Positions 30,673-39,823 of a DNA stretch of 64,000 nucleotides are shown in pieces. Both the position numbers and the translations under genes were made by a program. The notes under the pieces were generated by a model, which saw nothing but the letters and a program-made list of their open reading frames with translations, did no database searches and was not told the DNA's origin. The stretch covers positions 17,056-81,055 of the forward strand of contig CAYORX010000004.1 in assembly GCA_964406505.1 (NCBI GenBank), given 5' to 3'. Source of the DNA: an uncultured Eubacteriales bacterium. Lineage in GTDB: Bacteria; Bacillota; Sulfobacillia; Fermentithermobacillales; Fermentithermobacillaceae. Positions within the stretch are counted from its first letter, which is position 1; every line of letters starts with the position of its first letter.

Positions 30673-30970
30673 TCTCTGGTTGCGGTGCTGCTACGTTTGT
30701 TCTGCTTTTAGTACTGCCACTGCTTGTGCGTTTAAACTTTAAGTTTTGCTGTGGTTGTTACTTCGTTCACTAGTTCGATCATGACCATGTCTTTGGTGTA
30801 CGATTTATGCTTGTCCCCAACTAAGTTAATTAATTCATCATAGGCGCAAGCGCAGCATTCAATACGGTGCAGTTTGATTTTTAGCATATATGTTCTATGA
30901 TTTGTGCTATATCTGTTGTGTGTGCTCTACTTCGTTTATGCCTCATCCATTGCAACTTACTTCAACCTCT

Positions 30971-30978
30971 ATTATACA
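30971..30978 (-). promoter_or_regulatory. Extended -10 promoter element (TGTATAAT) inside the thiN-gdhA intergenic region
   Basis: Minus strand reads gatagTGTATAATagagg. No strong -35, but the TGn extension is present. It would start a ~320-nt transcript ending at the 30642-30672 hairpin. Confidence 0.35.
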
Positions 30979-31070
30979 CTATCGTCCCTTGATATTGCTA
31001 CTGTTAGCATATATTTTGACGCCGCAACCTACCTGCCGGGTCTATGCTAGCGCAAAAACCCAGCAGAAAC

Positions 31071-32333
31071 TTATAAAAATATCCCTCTAATCTTCTGAAC
31101 AGCGGCTAAACGTTCAAGAGCGACAATGTAAGCCGCCATTCTTAGGGGGATTTTCTTTTCATCTGCTACTTCATAAACTTCGTTAAACGCTTTGACCATA
31201 ATTCTTTCAAGCGTAGAATTCACTGTTTCAATATCCCATGCTAAGTGCTGCAAGTTCTGTACCCATTCAAAGTATGAACAGGTGACTCCCCCTGCATTAG
31301 TTAAGATATCCGGACAGGTAACGATTCCTCTTTGTTCTAAAACTTGGTCCCCGCCGAATGTTGTAGGTCCATTGGCACCTTCAATAATTATTTTCGCCTG
31401 CGTTTCCTTAGCTACTTCTTCAGTGATTTGGTTTTCCAAAGCTGCCAGGACCAGGAAATCAACTTTCCCGGTGAGAATTCCGTGATTGTCTGTAACCTCT
31501 AGTCCTTCTTGCTGATATCCTTCGATCAGTTTCTTAGGATGCCCGGCCACATAGTTTAATAAAGCCGGTATGTCTAACCCATCTTTACAATAAAGCCCGC
31601 CTGATACATCGCTCACCGCTATTACTTTGGATCCTGCTTCATAAAGATACTTAGCGGCATTGCTTCCGACATTACCAAATCCCTGAACCGCTACCGTAGA
31701 TTTTGCAAGATCTACACCAAGTTTATTCGCAAGTTCTCTAGTAACGAGGAACACTCCTAAGCCTGTAGCTTCTTGGCGTCCGACAGAGCCGCCGGCTTCG
31801 ACCGGTTTGCTGGTTACCACGCCAGGTGAATATACACCTTTTAAGGTGCTGTAAGTATCCATGATCCAGCCCATCATCTGTTGGGTGGTGTTTACATCTG
31901 TGGCGGGGATATCTTGTTCTGGTCCTATAAAATCTGCAATTCTTGCTGTATAACTTCTGGTGATTTTCTCGATTTCTCTTTGAGACAATCCTGTGGGATC
32001 AACAGTAACTCCGCCTTTAGCCCCACCGTAAGGGATATCTACAACTGCACATTTAAAGGTCATCCAAGCAGCTAAGGCTCTAACTTCGTCCATATCTACA
32101 TCCGGATGAAATCGAATGCCGCCCTTGGCCGGTCCCCTAGCGGTGTTATGTTGAACTCTGTAACCGGTAAATATACGAATAGTGCCATCGTCCATATCCA
32201 CGGGAAAATTTACAGTCAATTCTTTTTCAGTATGACGAAGCGTTATGTAGTCATTTTTGTCTAATCCTGCGATTTTGGCTGCAGCATCTAACTGTTCAAG
32301 CATATTGACAAATGGATTAGTCTTTTGAGGCAT
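31071..32333 (-). CDS. gdhA: NAD(P)-specific glutamate dehydrogenase
   Basis: Glu/Leu/Phe/Val dehydrogenase signatures (KGGIRFHP, GFGNVG). Preferred start is MPQK with RBS AAGGGTGA; the track ORF starts at 32357. Confidence 0.92.
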   Translation of the reverse strand: MPQKTNPFVNMLEQLDAAAKIAGLDKNDYITLRHTEKELTVNFPVDMDDGTIRIFTGYRVQHNTARGPAKGGIRFHPDVDMDEVRALAAWMTFKCAVVDIPYGGAKGGVTVDPTGLSQREIEKITRSYTARIADFIGPEQDIPATDVNTTQQMMGWIMDTYSTLKGVYSPGVVTSKPVEAGGSVGRQEATGLGVFLVTRELANKLGVDLAKSTVAVQGFGNVGSNAAKYLYEAGSKVIAVSDVSGGLYCKDGLDIPALLNYVAGHPKKLIEGYQQEGLEVTDNHGILTGKVDFLVLAALENQITEEVAKETQAKIIIEGANGPTTFGGDQVLEQRGIVTCPDILTNAGGVTCSYFEWVQNLQHLAWDIETVNSTLERIMVKAFNEVYEVADEKKIPLRMAAYIVALERLAAVQKIRGIFL

Positions 32334-32673
32334 ATAATCACCCTTTTGCTTAATCAATAATCCTTAATCCTTTTGCACACAACTGAAACCATAGCAGTAA
32401 AAAACCCTTGTCCTACCTGTTACTAATAACCCACCAAACTACACTATACATTTGAGTAGTCAAAGAATCAACCCTTATTTCTATTATTCGTAAATTGTAA
32501 GGCGAGCCGATGTTTTTGATAAAGATGAACAAAGTCTCAAAGTTTAATAGGTCGAATTATGCTAGTTCGTTCAACGTTTTAGTAAATTGCCACATTTATC
32601 TAACGGCTTATTGGGCATATTAAGAATACGTTTTAACGTTTTTTCGCATCCTTAATTAGAGGTGATATTAATA

Positions 32674-33198
32674 ATGACTCATCAGCTGACCCAAAAAGAA
32701 CAGTCATTGCTTCAAGATCAAATGAAGCACGAAGAAATCTGCATTAGGAAGTATACAGAATATGCAAATCTCACTCAATCCCCAGAATTACGCAATTTGT
32801 TTTATGAACTCGCTCAAGAAGAACAAGAGCATGTGGACATTTTAAACAGATATCTTGGTGGCCAAAGTAGCGCACACCAGTCCAAGCAACATCACCACCG
32901 GCAGCATCAAAAGCACCAAGCCCAACAACAACACCCTCCAATGTTTGGGGTAGATTTCGAAACAGCTAGTTTAGATTCTAGCTATCACGGACAAACGGGA
33001 GCCGTCGATGATGCCGCTATTTGCCAAGATATGCTCATGACAGAAAAATATCTATCTAACACCTACGATACTACAGTGTTTGAATCTGTAAATCCACAAC
33101 TTAGGCAGGATCTTCAGAAAATCCAAAACGATGAGCAAAACCACGGTAAGAAAATTTTTGACTACATGCATAAACATGGCTACTACAACCCTCAATAA
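32674..33198 (+). CDS. Spore coat protein F (CotF)-like
   Basis: Two Coat_F-type helical repeats (LTQKEQSLLQDQMKHEE...NPELRNLFYELAQEEQEHVDIL and DAAICQDMLMTEKYL...NPQLRQDLQKIQNDEQNHG) joined by a His/Gln-rich linker. ATG at 32674 after AGAGGTGA. Confidence 0.7.
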   Translation: MTHQLTQKEQSLLQDQMKHEEICIRKYTEYANLTQSPELRNLFYELAQEEQEHVDILNRYLGGQSSAHQSKQHHHRQHQKHQAQQQHPPMFGVDFETASLDSSYHGQTGAVDDAAICQDMLMTEKYLSNTYDTTVFESVNPQLRQDLQKIQNDEQNHGKKIFDYMHKHGYYNPQ

Positions 33199-33240
33199 TG
33201 CCAGCCAACCGTCGCAGCAGGTAACAGTTAAGTAGCAAAC

Positions 33241-33277
33241 AGCACCGAGAAGGTAGAAACCTAACCCTCTCGGTGCT
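33241..33277. terminator. Bidirectional intrinsic terminator between the convergent CotF-like and glutaredoxin-like genes
   Basis: AGCACCGAGA-(17 nt)-TCTCGGTGCT, a 10-bp stem. Confidence 0.5.
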
Positions 33278-33323
33278 GCACTATAATACCAACCGCTTTT
33301 ATAACTCGATAACCGAACGAATT

Positions 33324-33566
33324 TTACAGTTCCAAAAGCTGATCTATCTTGGGTTTATCAAAACCTATTATAACGTTTCCATCTATTGTTACTACCGGCA
33401 CACCCATTTGGCCTGAGATCTTTACCATTTCCCGAGCTGCTTCAATATCAACTGAAACATCTTTTTCTTCGTACTCAACCCCAACACTTTTTAAGTACGA
33501 TGTAGCTCTTGTACACCAAGGACAGCTTGGGGTTGAATATACCGTAACTTCGTGCTGAACAGCCAT
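33324..33566 (-). CDS. Glutaredoxin-like protein (NrdH/YruB family)
   Basis: 80-aa ORF with a CPWC active site and thioredoxin fold. Confidence 0.8.
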   Translation of the reverse strand: MAVQHEVTVYSTPSCPWCTRATSYLKSVGVEYEEKDVSVDIEAAREMVKISGQMGVPVVTIDGNVIIGFDKPKIDQLLEL

Positions 33567-33763
33567 GCAAACACCTCCGTAATATAATCGAACTTTTCAC
33601 GATCTTATGGTCACCACAAAATTGATTTGTTCCACATAAAAGCTATCTCAGTATATATTGTCCAACTTCACGCATTATTTCAACACTTTGTACTCAATTT
33701 ACACAACTGAACATCGGTATGCTATCAAACTAGAGTTGTGGGCATAATGAAGATAATTGCGAG

Positions 33764-33967
33764 GTGAGTGTCATACACAAAACTTCACTTTCTACCAAAG
33801 GTCAAATAGTTATTCCGGCAAAGATCAGAAAAAAACTCGAGCTTAAGCCAGGTACAAAATTTATCATCTACGATTTACAAGGTAAGCTGGTACTTGTACC
33901 TGAAATTAGCAACCCTATAAATTATGGACTTGGGTTTTTGACAAGGAAGTCAAATCTTGAAGAATAA
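33764..33967 (+). CDS. AbrB/SpoVT-domain antitoxin (MazE/VapB-like)
   Basis: 67-aa ORF with the swapped-hairpin motif KGQIVIPAKIRKKLELKPGTKF. Overlaps the downstream gene by 11 nt. Confidence 0.7.
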   Translation: MSVIHKTSLSTKGQIVIPAKIRKKLELKPGTKFIIYDLQGKLVLVPEISNPINYGLGFLTRKSNLEE

Positions 33968-34397
33968 TTCTAACCGTACATACCAGTCTTGCATCATAGA
34001 TGCTTTGTGTTTGATTGCATATTTAAAAGGTGAGCCACAGGGCAAGGTGATTCAAGAAATCATGGATCAAACGCAGAAATGTGGAGATGTTTTAAATATT
34101 ACCGCCTTAGATATGCTACGGGTTTATCTACAGGGAACGACCAATCACTTAGGAGAATTATCTGAGTTTCTAGCATTGTTAGATCAACTGCCTATAGAAG
34201 TATTATCTATAACCAAAAAAGATATTTTAGAAACCGCAAAATTTATGTTAGGCCATGAAAACCTCAACGTAAAAACAGCTATTTCGTGCTATTTTGCAAA
34301 AACTAACAGTGCTGCATTTATCACGGCCGATCCGTATATGTTGGATCAAAAATTGCTTCCAGTTTCCCAAGTTGTATATATAAGCGAAAAAGGATAA
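33957..34397 (+). CDS. Putative PIN-like toxin (VapC-like; degenerate)
   Basis: 146-aa ORF with an N-terminal IID motif and a C-terminal ITAD motif consistent with PIN acidic residues. The third acidic position is not obvious. Confidence 0.4.
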   Translation: MKNNSNRTYQSCIIDALCLIAYLKGEPQGKVIQEIMDQTQKCGDVLNITALDMLRVYLQGTTNHLGELSEFLALLDQLPIEVLSITKKDILETAKFMLGHENLNVKTAISCYFAKTNSAAFITADPYMLDQKLLPVSQVVYISEKG

Positions 34398-34454
34398 TTT
34401 GAATATACCATAGAATGCTTTAAACGCTCGAATAATGTACGGGAGAGGATAACA

Positions 34455-34943
34455 ATGTCTATAGATTTAGAACTTGTAAAGATCGATAAACCGGAAAATC
34501 TAAATATGATCCTTGGACAATCGCACTTTATTAAATCGATTGAAGATCTTTATGAAGCCATGGTAAACGTAGGTGGGGGCATAAAATTTGGCATTGCATT
34601 TCTGGAAGCAAGCGGTGCGTGTCTTGTGCGTAGTGCAGGCAACGACGATAATTTGATCAAGCTTGCAGAAAACAACGCTATGAATCTTGGTACAGGTCAC
34701 GCTTTCGTTATTTTTATGGAAAACGGGTTTCCGATAAACGTGATTAATAACATTAAAGCTGTTCCGGAAGTAGTTAATATTTTCTGTGCCACCGCTAACG
34801 AAGTACAAGTGATCGTCGCAAAGAGCAGCCAAGGACGCGGGATTTTGGGTGTGATTGACGGAAATCCACCTAAAGGGGTGGAAGACGAAAAAGATGTTCA
34901 AGCACGCAAGTCGTTTTTGCGTAAAATAGGATACAAACTTTAA
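34455..34943 (+). CDS. Adenosine-specific kinase family protein (PF04008-like)
   Basis: 162-aa ORF with strong resemblance to the archaeal/bacterial adenosine-specific kinase family (ENLNMILGQSHFIKSIEDLYEA...FPINVINNIKAVPEVVNIFCATAN). RBS GGGAGAGG. Confidence 0.55.
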   Translation: MSIDLELVKIDKPENLNMILGQSHFIKSIEDLYEAMVNVGGGIKFGIAFLEASGACLVRSAGNDDNLIKLAENNAMNLGTGHAFVIFMENGFPINVINNIKAVPEVVNIFCATANEVQVIVAKSSQGRGILGVIDGNPPKGVEDEKDVQARKSFLRKIGYKL

Positions 34944-35003
34944 ACTCAGCAAAACAATAGGCCGCAGTCTAAGCCTTATGAACAGACAGCGGCCTACATA
35001 AGA

Positions 35004-35846
35004 TCAATATTTAAAAAATCCTCGTCGGGTTTTTCGCCCAAGGTGTCCTTTGTTCATCATCTGTTTAAGCAAGGGACACGGCTTATACTTTTCACCACCA
35101 AACTCTTTATCCAAAGTATCCATAATAGCGTAAAGCACATCTATACCGATTAAATCTGCCAGAGACAAAGGTCCTAAAGGATGATTGGCTCCCAGTTTCA
35201 TTGCGGTATCAATATCTTCTGCTGAAGCGACTCCTTCCATTAAAAGATAGACCGCTTCGTTAAGCATAGGGCATAGTAGACGGTTCACAACAAATCCCGG
35301 TGACTCTTTCACTATCACAGGGGTTTTACTTAACTGTTCGCATATTTCCCGGGCTTTTATAACAGTTTCATCACTAGTTTTCTCACCTTTAATTATCTCT
35401 ACGAGTTTCATAGCAGGTACAGGGTTGAAAAAATGTATTCCGAGAAAACGACTCGGATTATCAACAGACTCGGACATCTTAGTAATGGATAGGGAAGATG
35501 TGTTAGAACCTATTAACGCATTACTTCTGACAGAACTTGATATTTTTTTCAATACATCTTTTTTAACATCAAGATCTTCGTATACCGCTTCGATAGTTAC
35601 CGAAACATTTTTAAGCATATTAAAATTATCAGAACAGCTAAGCCTCGCAAGCATAGATTTTTTTTCATCAGCAGTTATTCTTCTTCTTTCAACGCTTCCA
35701 GATAAGCTTCGTTTAAGACCTTCGTATCCTTTGTTTGCGAGTTCAACTGTCGAATCGAGCAAAATGACTTCATGACCAGCAGTTAAAAACGATTCTGCAA
35801 TCCCCCTTCCCATAATACCGGCACCAACTACACCAATTTTTTCCAT
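35004..35846 (-). CDS. hbd: 3-hydroxybutyryl-CoA / 3-hydroxyacyl-CoA dehydrogenase
   Basis: NAD-binding GVVGAGIMG and the 3HCDH family C-terminal domain. Preferred start is MEKIGV (35846) after GGGAAGGGGG; the track ORF starts at 35912. Confidence 0.88.
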   Translation of the reverse strand: MEKIGVVGAGIMGRGIAESFLTAGHEVILLDSTVELANKGYEGLKRSLSGSVERRRITADEKKSMLARLSCSDNFNMLKNVSVTIEAVYEDLDVKKDVLKKISSSVRSNALIGSNTSSLSITKMSESVDNPSRFLGIHFFNPVPAMKLVEIIKGEKTSDETVIKAREICEQLSKTPVIVKESPGFVVNRLLCPMLNEAVYLLMEGVASAEDIDTAMKLGANHPLGPLSLADLIGIDVLYAIMDTLDKEFGGEKYKPCPLLKQMMNKGHLGRKTRRGFFKY

Positions 35847-35983
35847 GGCGTAAAAGCCCCCTTCCCATAACAAATTTTCTACGGCAAACCAATATCTTCC
35901 TGCTTTGGGCAATTCTTAACTGAACAGTTAACCGATACAACATACAAAACAACGCGTGTAAAACCAAATGCACCTAACGATGT

Positions 35984-37045
35984 TTATGAAGATGCTGTTA
36001 AATCGTCTAAACAAATCGAGACGAACTTAAGCAATACACGAAAGATACCTGCGAGAGGAACAGCAAGAAAAACCCCCCAACGACCGAAAATTTGACTTCC
36101 CGCTAAAACCGCAAATATTACCCACAAGGGATGTAATCCCACCCGCTCACCTGTTACTCGGGGAACCATCACGCTAGAGTCAAACCACTGTATAAATGCA
36201 ATCAATCCTAAGGCCCAAAATCCTGTTGTAGGTGATTTCAAAAAGGCCACACAAATAAGTGGAATATTACCTATAGCGGGGCCCAAATACGGAATAAATT
36301 CGCCAAGCCCGCTCAACACGCCCAAAACCGCACCGTATTTTAATTTGAGCGCTATGGTGACGAGCCAAACCATTATAGCTACAAATAACGCGATCAATGA
36401 TTGCCCACGTATAAAACCTGCAAATACTCTATCAATATCTTTTATTACGTTCATATAATGCAAAGGATACTCGGCCATTTTGATCGTAATCTTGTGTCTC
36501 CACATATTTATATCTCTAAGTATGTAATATGTGATCATAGGCGTTAATAAAAGATACCAAATCACCTCAGCGGATAAAAAAACCATTTCAACGCTTTTTT
36601 CTCCATAAATAATAAACTGATTTTCAAGGTTAGAAATCGCGCTTGCAATACCATCTAAGAAGCTAGTGGGGATCTTAAATTGGCTTCCTATACCATATAT
36701 GTTAGTCATAAAACGTTGAAAAATTTCTAGATGTCCTGGCATCGTTTCAGCAATATCTTGAAGATCTTTGACGAAGCCCGGTACAAAATACAAACTCGTC
36801 AACACGATGAAAATAAAAAGTGCGAAATAAACTAGATATATGGCGACACTTCTTGACATGTTTCGTTTATGAAAAAAAGTTACAAAAGGTTCAAGCACAT
36901 AGCTAAAAAACGCCGCGAGTACAAATGGTACAAATGCACCGCGAGCTAAAAACCCGATTACAAATATGAAAACTAAAACGAGTCCGTAAAATATTATACC
37001 CTGTCGTCTAATTTTTTCAGCCCGAGAACCTTCCTGCCATGTGTC
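35984..37045 (-). CDS. AI-2E family transporter (UPF0118/PerM-like) with an unresolved start codon
   Basis: The track ORF (35984..36898) begins at a GTG. The same frame stays open upstream to a stop at 37046-37048 and encodes the conserved N-terminal TM1/PF-motif segment (RRQGIIFYGLVLVFIFVIGFLARGAFVPFVLAAFFSY). No ATG, GTG or TTG lies in that upstream part, which overlaps the YtxH-like gene. Confidence 0.55.
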   Translation of the reverse strand, partial: DTWQEGSRAEKIRRQGIIFYGLVLVFIFVIGFLARGAFVPFVLAAFFSYVLEPFVTFFHKRNMSRSVAIYLVYFALFIFIVLTSLYFVPGFVKDLQDIAETMPGHLEIFQRFMTNIYGIGSQFKIPTSFLDGIASAISNLENQFIIYGEKSVEMVFLSAEVIWYLLLTPMITYYILRDINMWRHKITIKMAEYPLHYMNVIKDIDRVFAGFIRGQSLIALFVAIMVWLVTIALKLKYGAVLGVLSGLGEFIPYLGPAIGNIPLICVAFLKSPTTGFWALGLIAFIQWFDSSVMVPRVTGERVGLHPLWVIFAVLAGSQIFGRWGVFLAVPLAGIFRVLLKFVSICLDDLTASS

Positions 37046-37211
37046 CTATACCGGAATGTACTTTTTTCATTGCCTCATTTGCAACTCTGCCGATCGCGAT
37101 TTTAGCTTCTTCCATAGGCGTTAGAGGTTTTCTTAACATAATAACCAATCCTAAAACTATCCCCACCAGGGCTCCTATCACAAGCCCACCGCAAAATGTT
37201 CGGTTTTTCAT
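37017..37211 (-). CDS. YtxH-like (DUF948) small membrane protein
   Basis: Preferred start is MKNRTF (37211) after AAAGGAG. It has a single TM (GGLVIGALVGIVLGLVI) and a helical tail. The track ORF begins at 37298. Confidence 0.5.
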   Translation of the reverse strand: MKNRTFCGGLVIGALVGIVLGLVIMLRKPLTPMEEAKIAIGRVANEAMKKVHSGIGHMAGRFSG

Positions 37212-37304
37212 TTCGAGGTACAACTCCTTTCTTCCGGCCACTATCCCAAAGGCGAAAGCACATTTAATTACCTTAATGCATAGACGTTTATAGACCATTT
37301 AAGA

Positions 37305-37577
37305 TCACATTTCCTGCACTGGCAACCGTGGGGTTTCACCGTCAATTTGCAAGACATCTTGTAATCTAATACCGGACAGGGTCTCATTCAAATCACTGGC
37401 AAAACGGTGCTCCGATGTGTTCTCTAAACATTCAAGAACGGCTGTTCCATCTATTTCCAGCCTATACACCCGTACACCATTTTCGTCAGATGAAAACTCG
37501 ATACTGCAATTCCAACAATAGTACTGATGGTGTCCGATTTTGCCTATAGATCTGCTTTTGCATTTCGGGCAAATCAT
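37305..37577 (-). CDS. Zinc-ribbon domain protein (CPKC...CWNC)
   Basis: 90-aa ORF with two CxxC pairs at the N-terminus. Confidence 0.4.
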   Translation of the reverse strand: MICPKCKSRSIGKIGHHQYYCWNCSIEFSSDENGVRVYRLEIDGTAVLECLENTSEHRFASDLNETLSGIRLQDVLQIDGETPRLPVQEM

Positions 37578-37650
37578 ACATATGCCTCCTCAACCGCTTA
37601 TGATTGATTACAATTGCAAAAATTCATCATAAGGATTTTCCCCGAGCACG

Positions 37651-38697
37651 TTAATGATTATCCGCCAATGCAGTTTTAATTCGTCCGATTGCTTCATGGA
37701 TATCATCAAAACACACGTCATTATGGGTAACCATTCTCACAATGTTTGGCAAAGATGCATTGAATAAAACACCGTGCGCCTTCATAAAACCAGCGAATTC
37801 AAATTCATCCATCCCTATGCCTTGGGTGTTAACCATAACCATATTAGTCTGCACAGTACTCATATCAATGCCTAGTCCTGGTATTTCGGCAAGACCGTTA
37901 GCGAGTACCTGCGCTTTTTCATGGTCTTCAGACAGACGTTGGGTCATTTTCTCCAATCCTATTATGCCGGCCGCAGCTAAAATGCCCGCTTGCCGCATTC
38001 CCCCACCTAATATCTTTCGGGATTTGCGAGCACGATCAATAAATGCTTTAGAACCCACCACTAAAGAACCCGCTGGAGCGCACAATCCTTTAGATAAGCA
38101 AAATTGAATTGAATCTGCATATTGGGCGATTTGCTTTACATCGACACCTAAGGCAGTCGCCGCATTAAAAATTCTAGCCCCATCGAGATGAACAGAAATA
38201 TCCCGGGCCTTAGCGATCTCATATACGGATTGCATATTGTCTAACGGAATTACGCATCCTCCTGATCTGTTGTGAGTATTTTCTAGACAAATCAATGTCG
38301 TATTTGGAAAATGAATATTAACATTTCTTATAGCTGCTTCGACTTCATCAGGGTCCATGACGCCGTTTTTGCCGGAAATAGGTTTTATTTGGACTTGAGA
38401 AAGGATAGCGGGACCTGCAGCTTCGTACATGTAAATATGGGCGTCAGATTCTAATATGATTTCATCGCCCCGGCTTGTCCACGCCATTATCGCTACCTGG
38501 TTTCCCATGGTTCCGGTAGGCACGAATAGCGCAGCCTCTTTACCTAACAAATCTGCACCCAAAGCTTCTAAACGGTTTATAGTCGGATCTTCCCCATAAA
38601 CATCATCGCCAACCTTAGCTTTTGCCATCGCCTGACGCATTTCGTCTGTCGGTAAAGTTACAGTGTCAGAACGTAAATCTATAATTTTTTCCTCCAA
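37651..38697 (-). CDS. ltaE: Low-specificity L-threonine aldolase
   Basis: 348-aa PLP-dependent beta-eliminating lyase family member ([15 protein letters not shown]). Confidence 0.85.
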   Translation of the reverse strand: MEEKIIDLRSDTVTLPTDEMRQAMAKAKVGDDVYGEDPTINRLEALGADLLGKEAALFVPTGTMGNQVAIMAWTSRGDEIILESDAHIYMYEAAGPAILSQVQIKPISGKNGVMDPDEVEAAIRNVNIHFPNTTLICLENTHNRSGGCVIPLDNMQSVYEIAKARDISVHLDGARIFNAATALGVDVKQIAQYADSIQFCLSKGLCAPAGSLVVGSKAFIDRARKSRKILGGGMRQAGILAAAGIIGLEKMTQRLSEDHEKAQVLANGLAEIPGLGIDMSTVQTNMVMVNTQGIGMDEFEFAGFMKAHGVLFNASLPNIVRMVTHNDVCFDDIHEAIGRIKTALADNH

Positions 38698-38748
38698 TTA
38701 GACCCCTCCACCCATTTCAAAAAATTATCTAATTCAAACATAGCGTTT

Positions 38749-39099
38749 CTATACAAGTTTATGTACCCACTGGATAAATTCATCTTTGGTTCGGCCGTTA
38801 AATTTGTCCATAGGTTTTGCACCTTTGAACCCAATCACCGTGGGCAAACTCAACACCCCAAACCTTTGCGCTAATGTGCTTTCTTCATCTACATTTACCT
38901 TAAAAAACCCAATTTTATTTCCATATGCATTTGATATATCAGGTAGTGCTTGATCAATCATCGCCGAAAGACGCTTGCACGGCATGCACCATGGTGCCCA
39001 AAAATTCACAACGCAAGCATCGAAATTGAATAGTTGTTCGTGAAAAGCACCTGTTGTTATGTAATTCACCTTAATTCGGTTTGTTGATATTTGATCCAT
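38749..39099 (-). CDS. Thioredoxin-family protein with an atypical WCMPC active site
   Basis: 116-aa ORF with a thioredoxin fold. The active site reads WAPWCMPCK rather than WCGPC. Confidence 0.75.
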   Translation of the reverse strand: MDQISTNRIKVNYITTGAFHEQLFNFDACVVNFWAPWCMPCKRLSAMIDQALPDISNAYGNKIGFFKVNVDEESTLAQRFGVLSLPTVIGFKGAKPMDKFNGRTKDEFIQWVHKLV

Positions 39100-39154
39100 G
39101 AAATATTCCCCCTGACAAAAGGATGAAACACGGTTTCATCCTTCAAACAATAGC

Positions 39155-39823
39155 TTAGAATTCATAGGTTCTAGAACGGCACTCCAATTTCCTGTTTAAG
39201 TCATACCACAATTTGAACACAATTTGCTGAGTCAATTCTTTGTTGCCTGTATTATCTATGACTTCATCAGCTAAAGCGATCTTTTGCATTAAATCCATTT
39301 GAGATTTAATTCGACGCATAGCTTCTTGGTCGGTGTAACCATCTCGACGCTTAAGCCTTTCGATTTGAAGTTCCAAATTTATCTTAACGACCCACACTTC
39401 ATCACAAATTTTATCTAATCTTGTTTCAAATAAAAGTGGCACATCTAACACCACGGATTTAAACAGGTTGTCGGAAATCAATTTTTGGTTTAATTCGTCA
39501 AGCGCGATGTGGATTCTCGCTGTCACAAGTGGATGTACAATAGAATTAATGGCATTTAAAGATTGTTTATCGTTAAAAACGATTTGACCTAACTTATTAC
39601 GATCTAAACTTCCATCAAAAAGCACTATCTGGCTTCCGAATATTTCCACCAACTTCGAAAAGCCTATAGTCCCAGGTAAGGTAACTTCATGCGCTACTTT
39701 ATCTGCATCTATAATATGAGCCCCAAGTCTGGCTAGAAAATCGGAAACAGTACTTTTTCCCGTAGCTATGCCTCCCGTAAGCCCTACTATATAAAGGTTG
39801 GACCACAAATTACCGTCACACAT
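39155..39823 (-). CDS. coaE: Dephospho-CoA kinase
   Basis: P-loop GLTGGIATGKST and CoaE family architecture. The start overlaps the polA 3' end. Confidence 0.9.
   Translation of the reverse strand: MCDGNLWSNLYIVGLTGGIATGKSTVSDFLARLGAHIIDADKVAHEVTLPGTIGFSKLVEIFGSQIVLFDGSLDRNKLGQIVFNDKQSLNAINSIVHPLVTARIHIALDELNQKLISDNLFKSVVLDVPLLFETRLDKICDEVWVVKINLELQIERLKRRDGYTDQEAMRRIKSQMDLMQKIALADEVIDNTGNKELTQQIVFKLWYDLNRKLECRSRTYEF

Noticed and set aside
30640-30830. The minus strand contains GGGGACAAGCATAAATCG..., which resembles a tmRNA 5' end (GGGGAC) and could have made the 534-bp gap an ssrA gene
   Set aside because: There is no tRNA-like 3' end (GGTTCGAnTCC...CCA) downstream and no tag reading frame ending in ALAA-stop, and the region abuts the thiN start codon. 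It is better treated as a candidate sRNA or leader.
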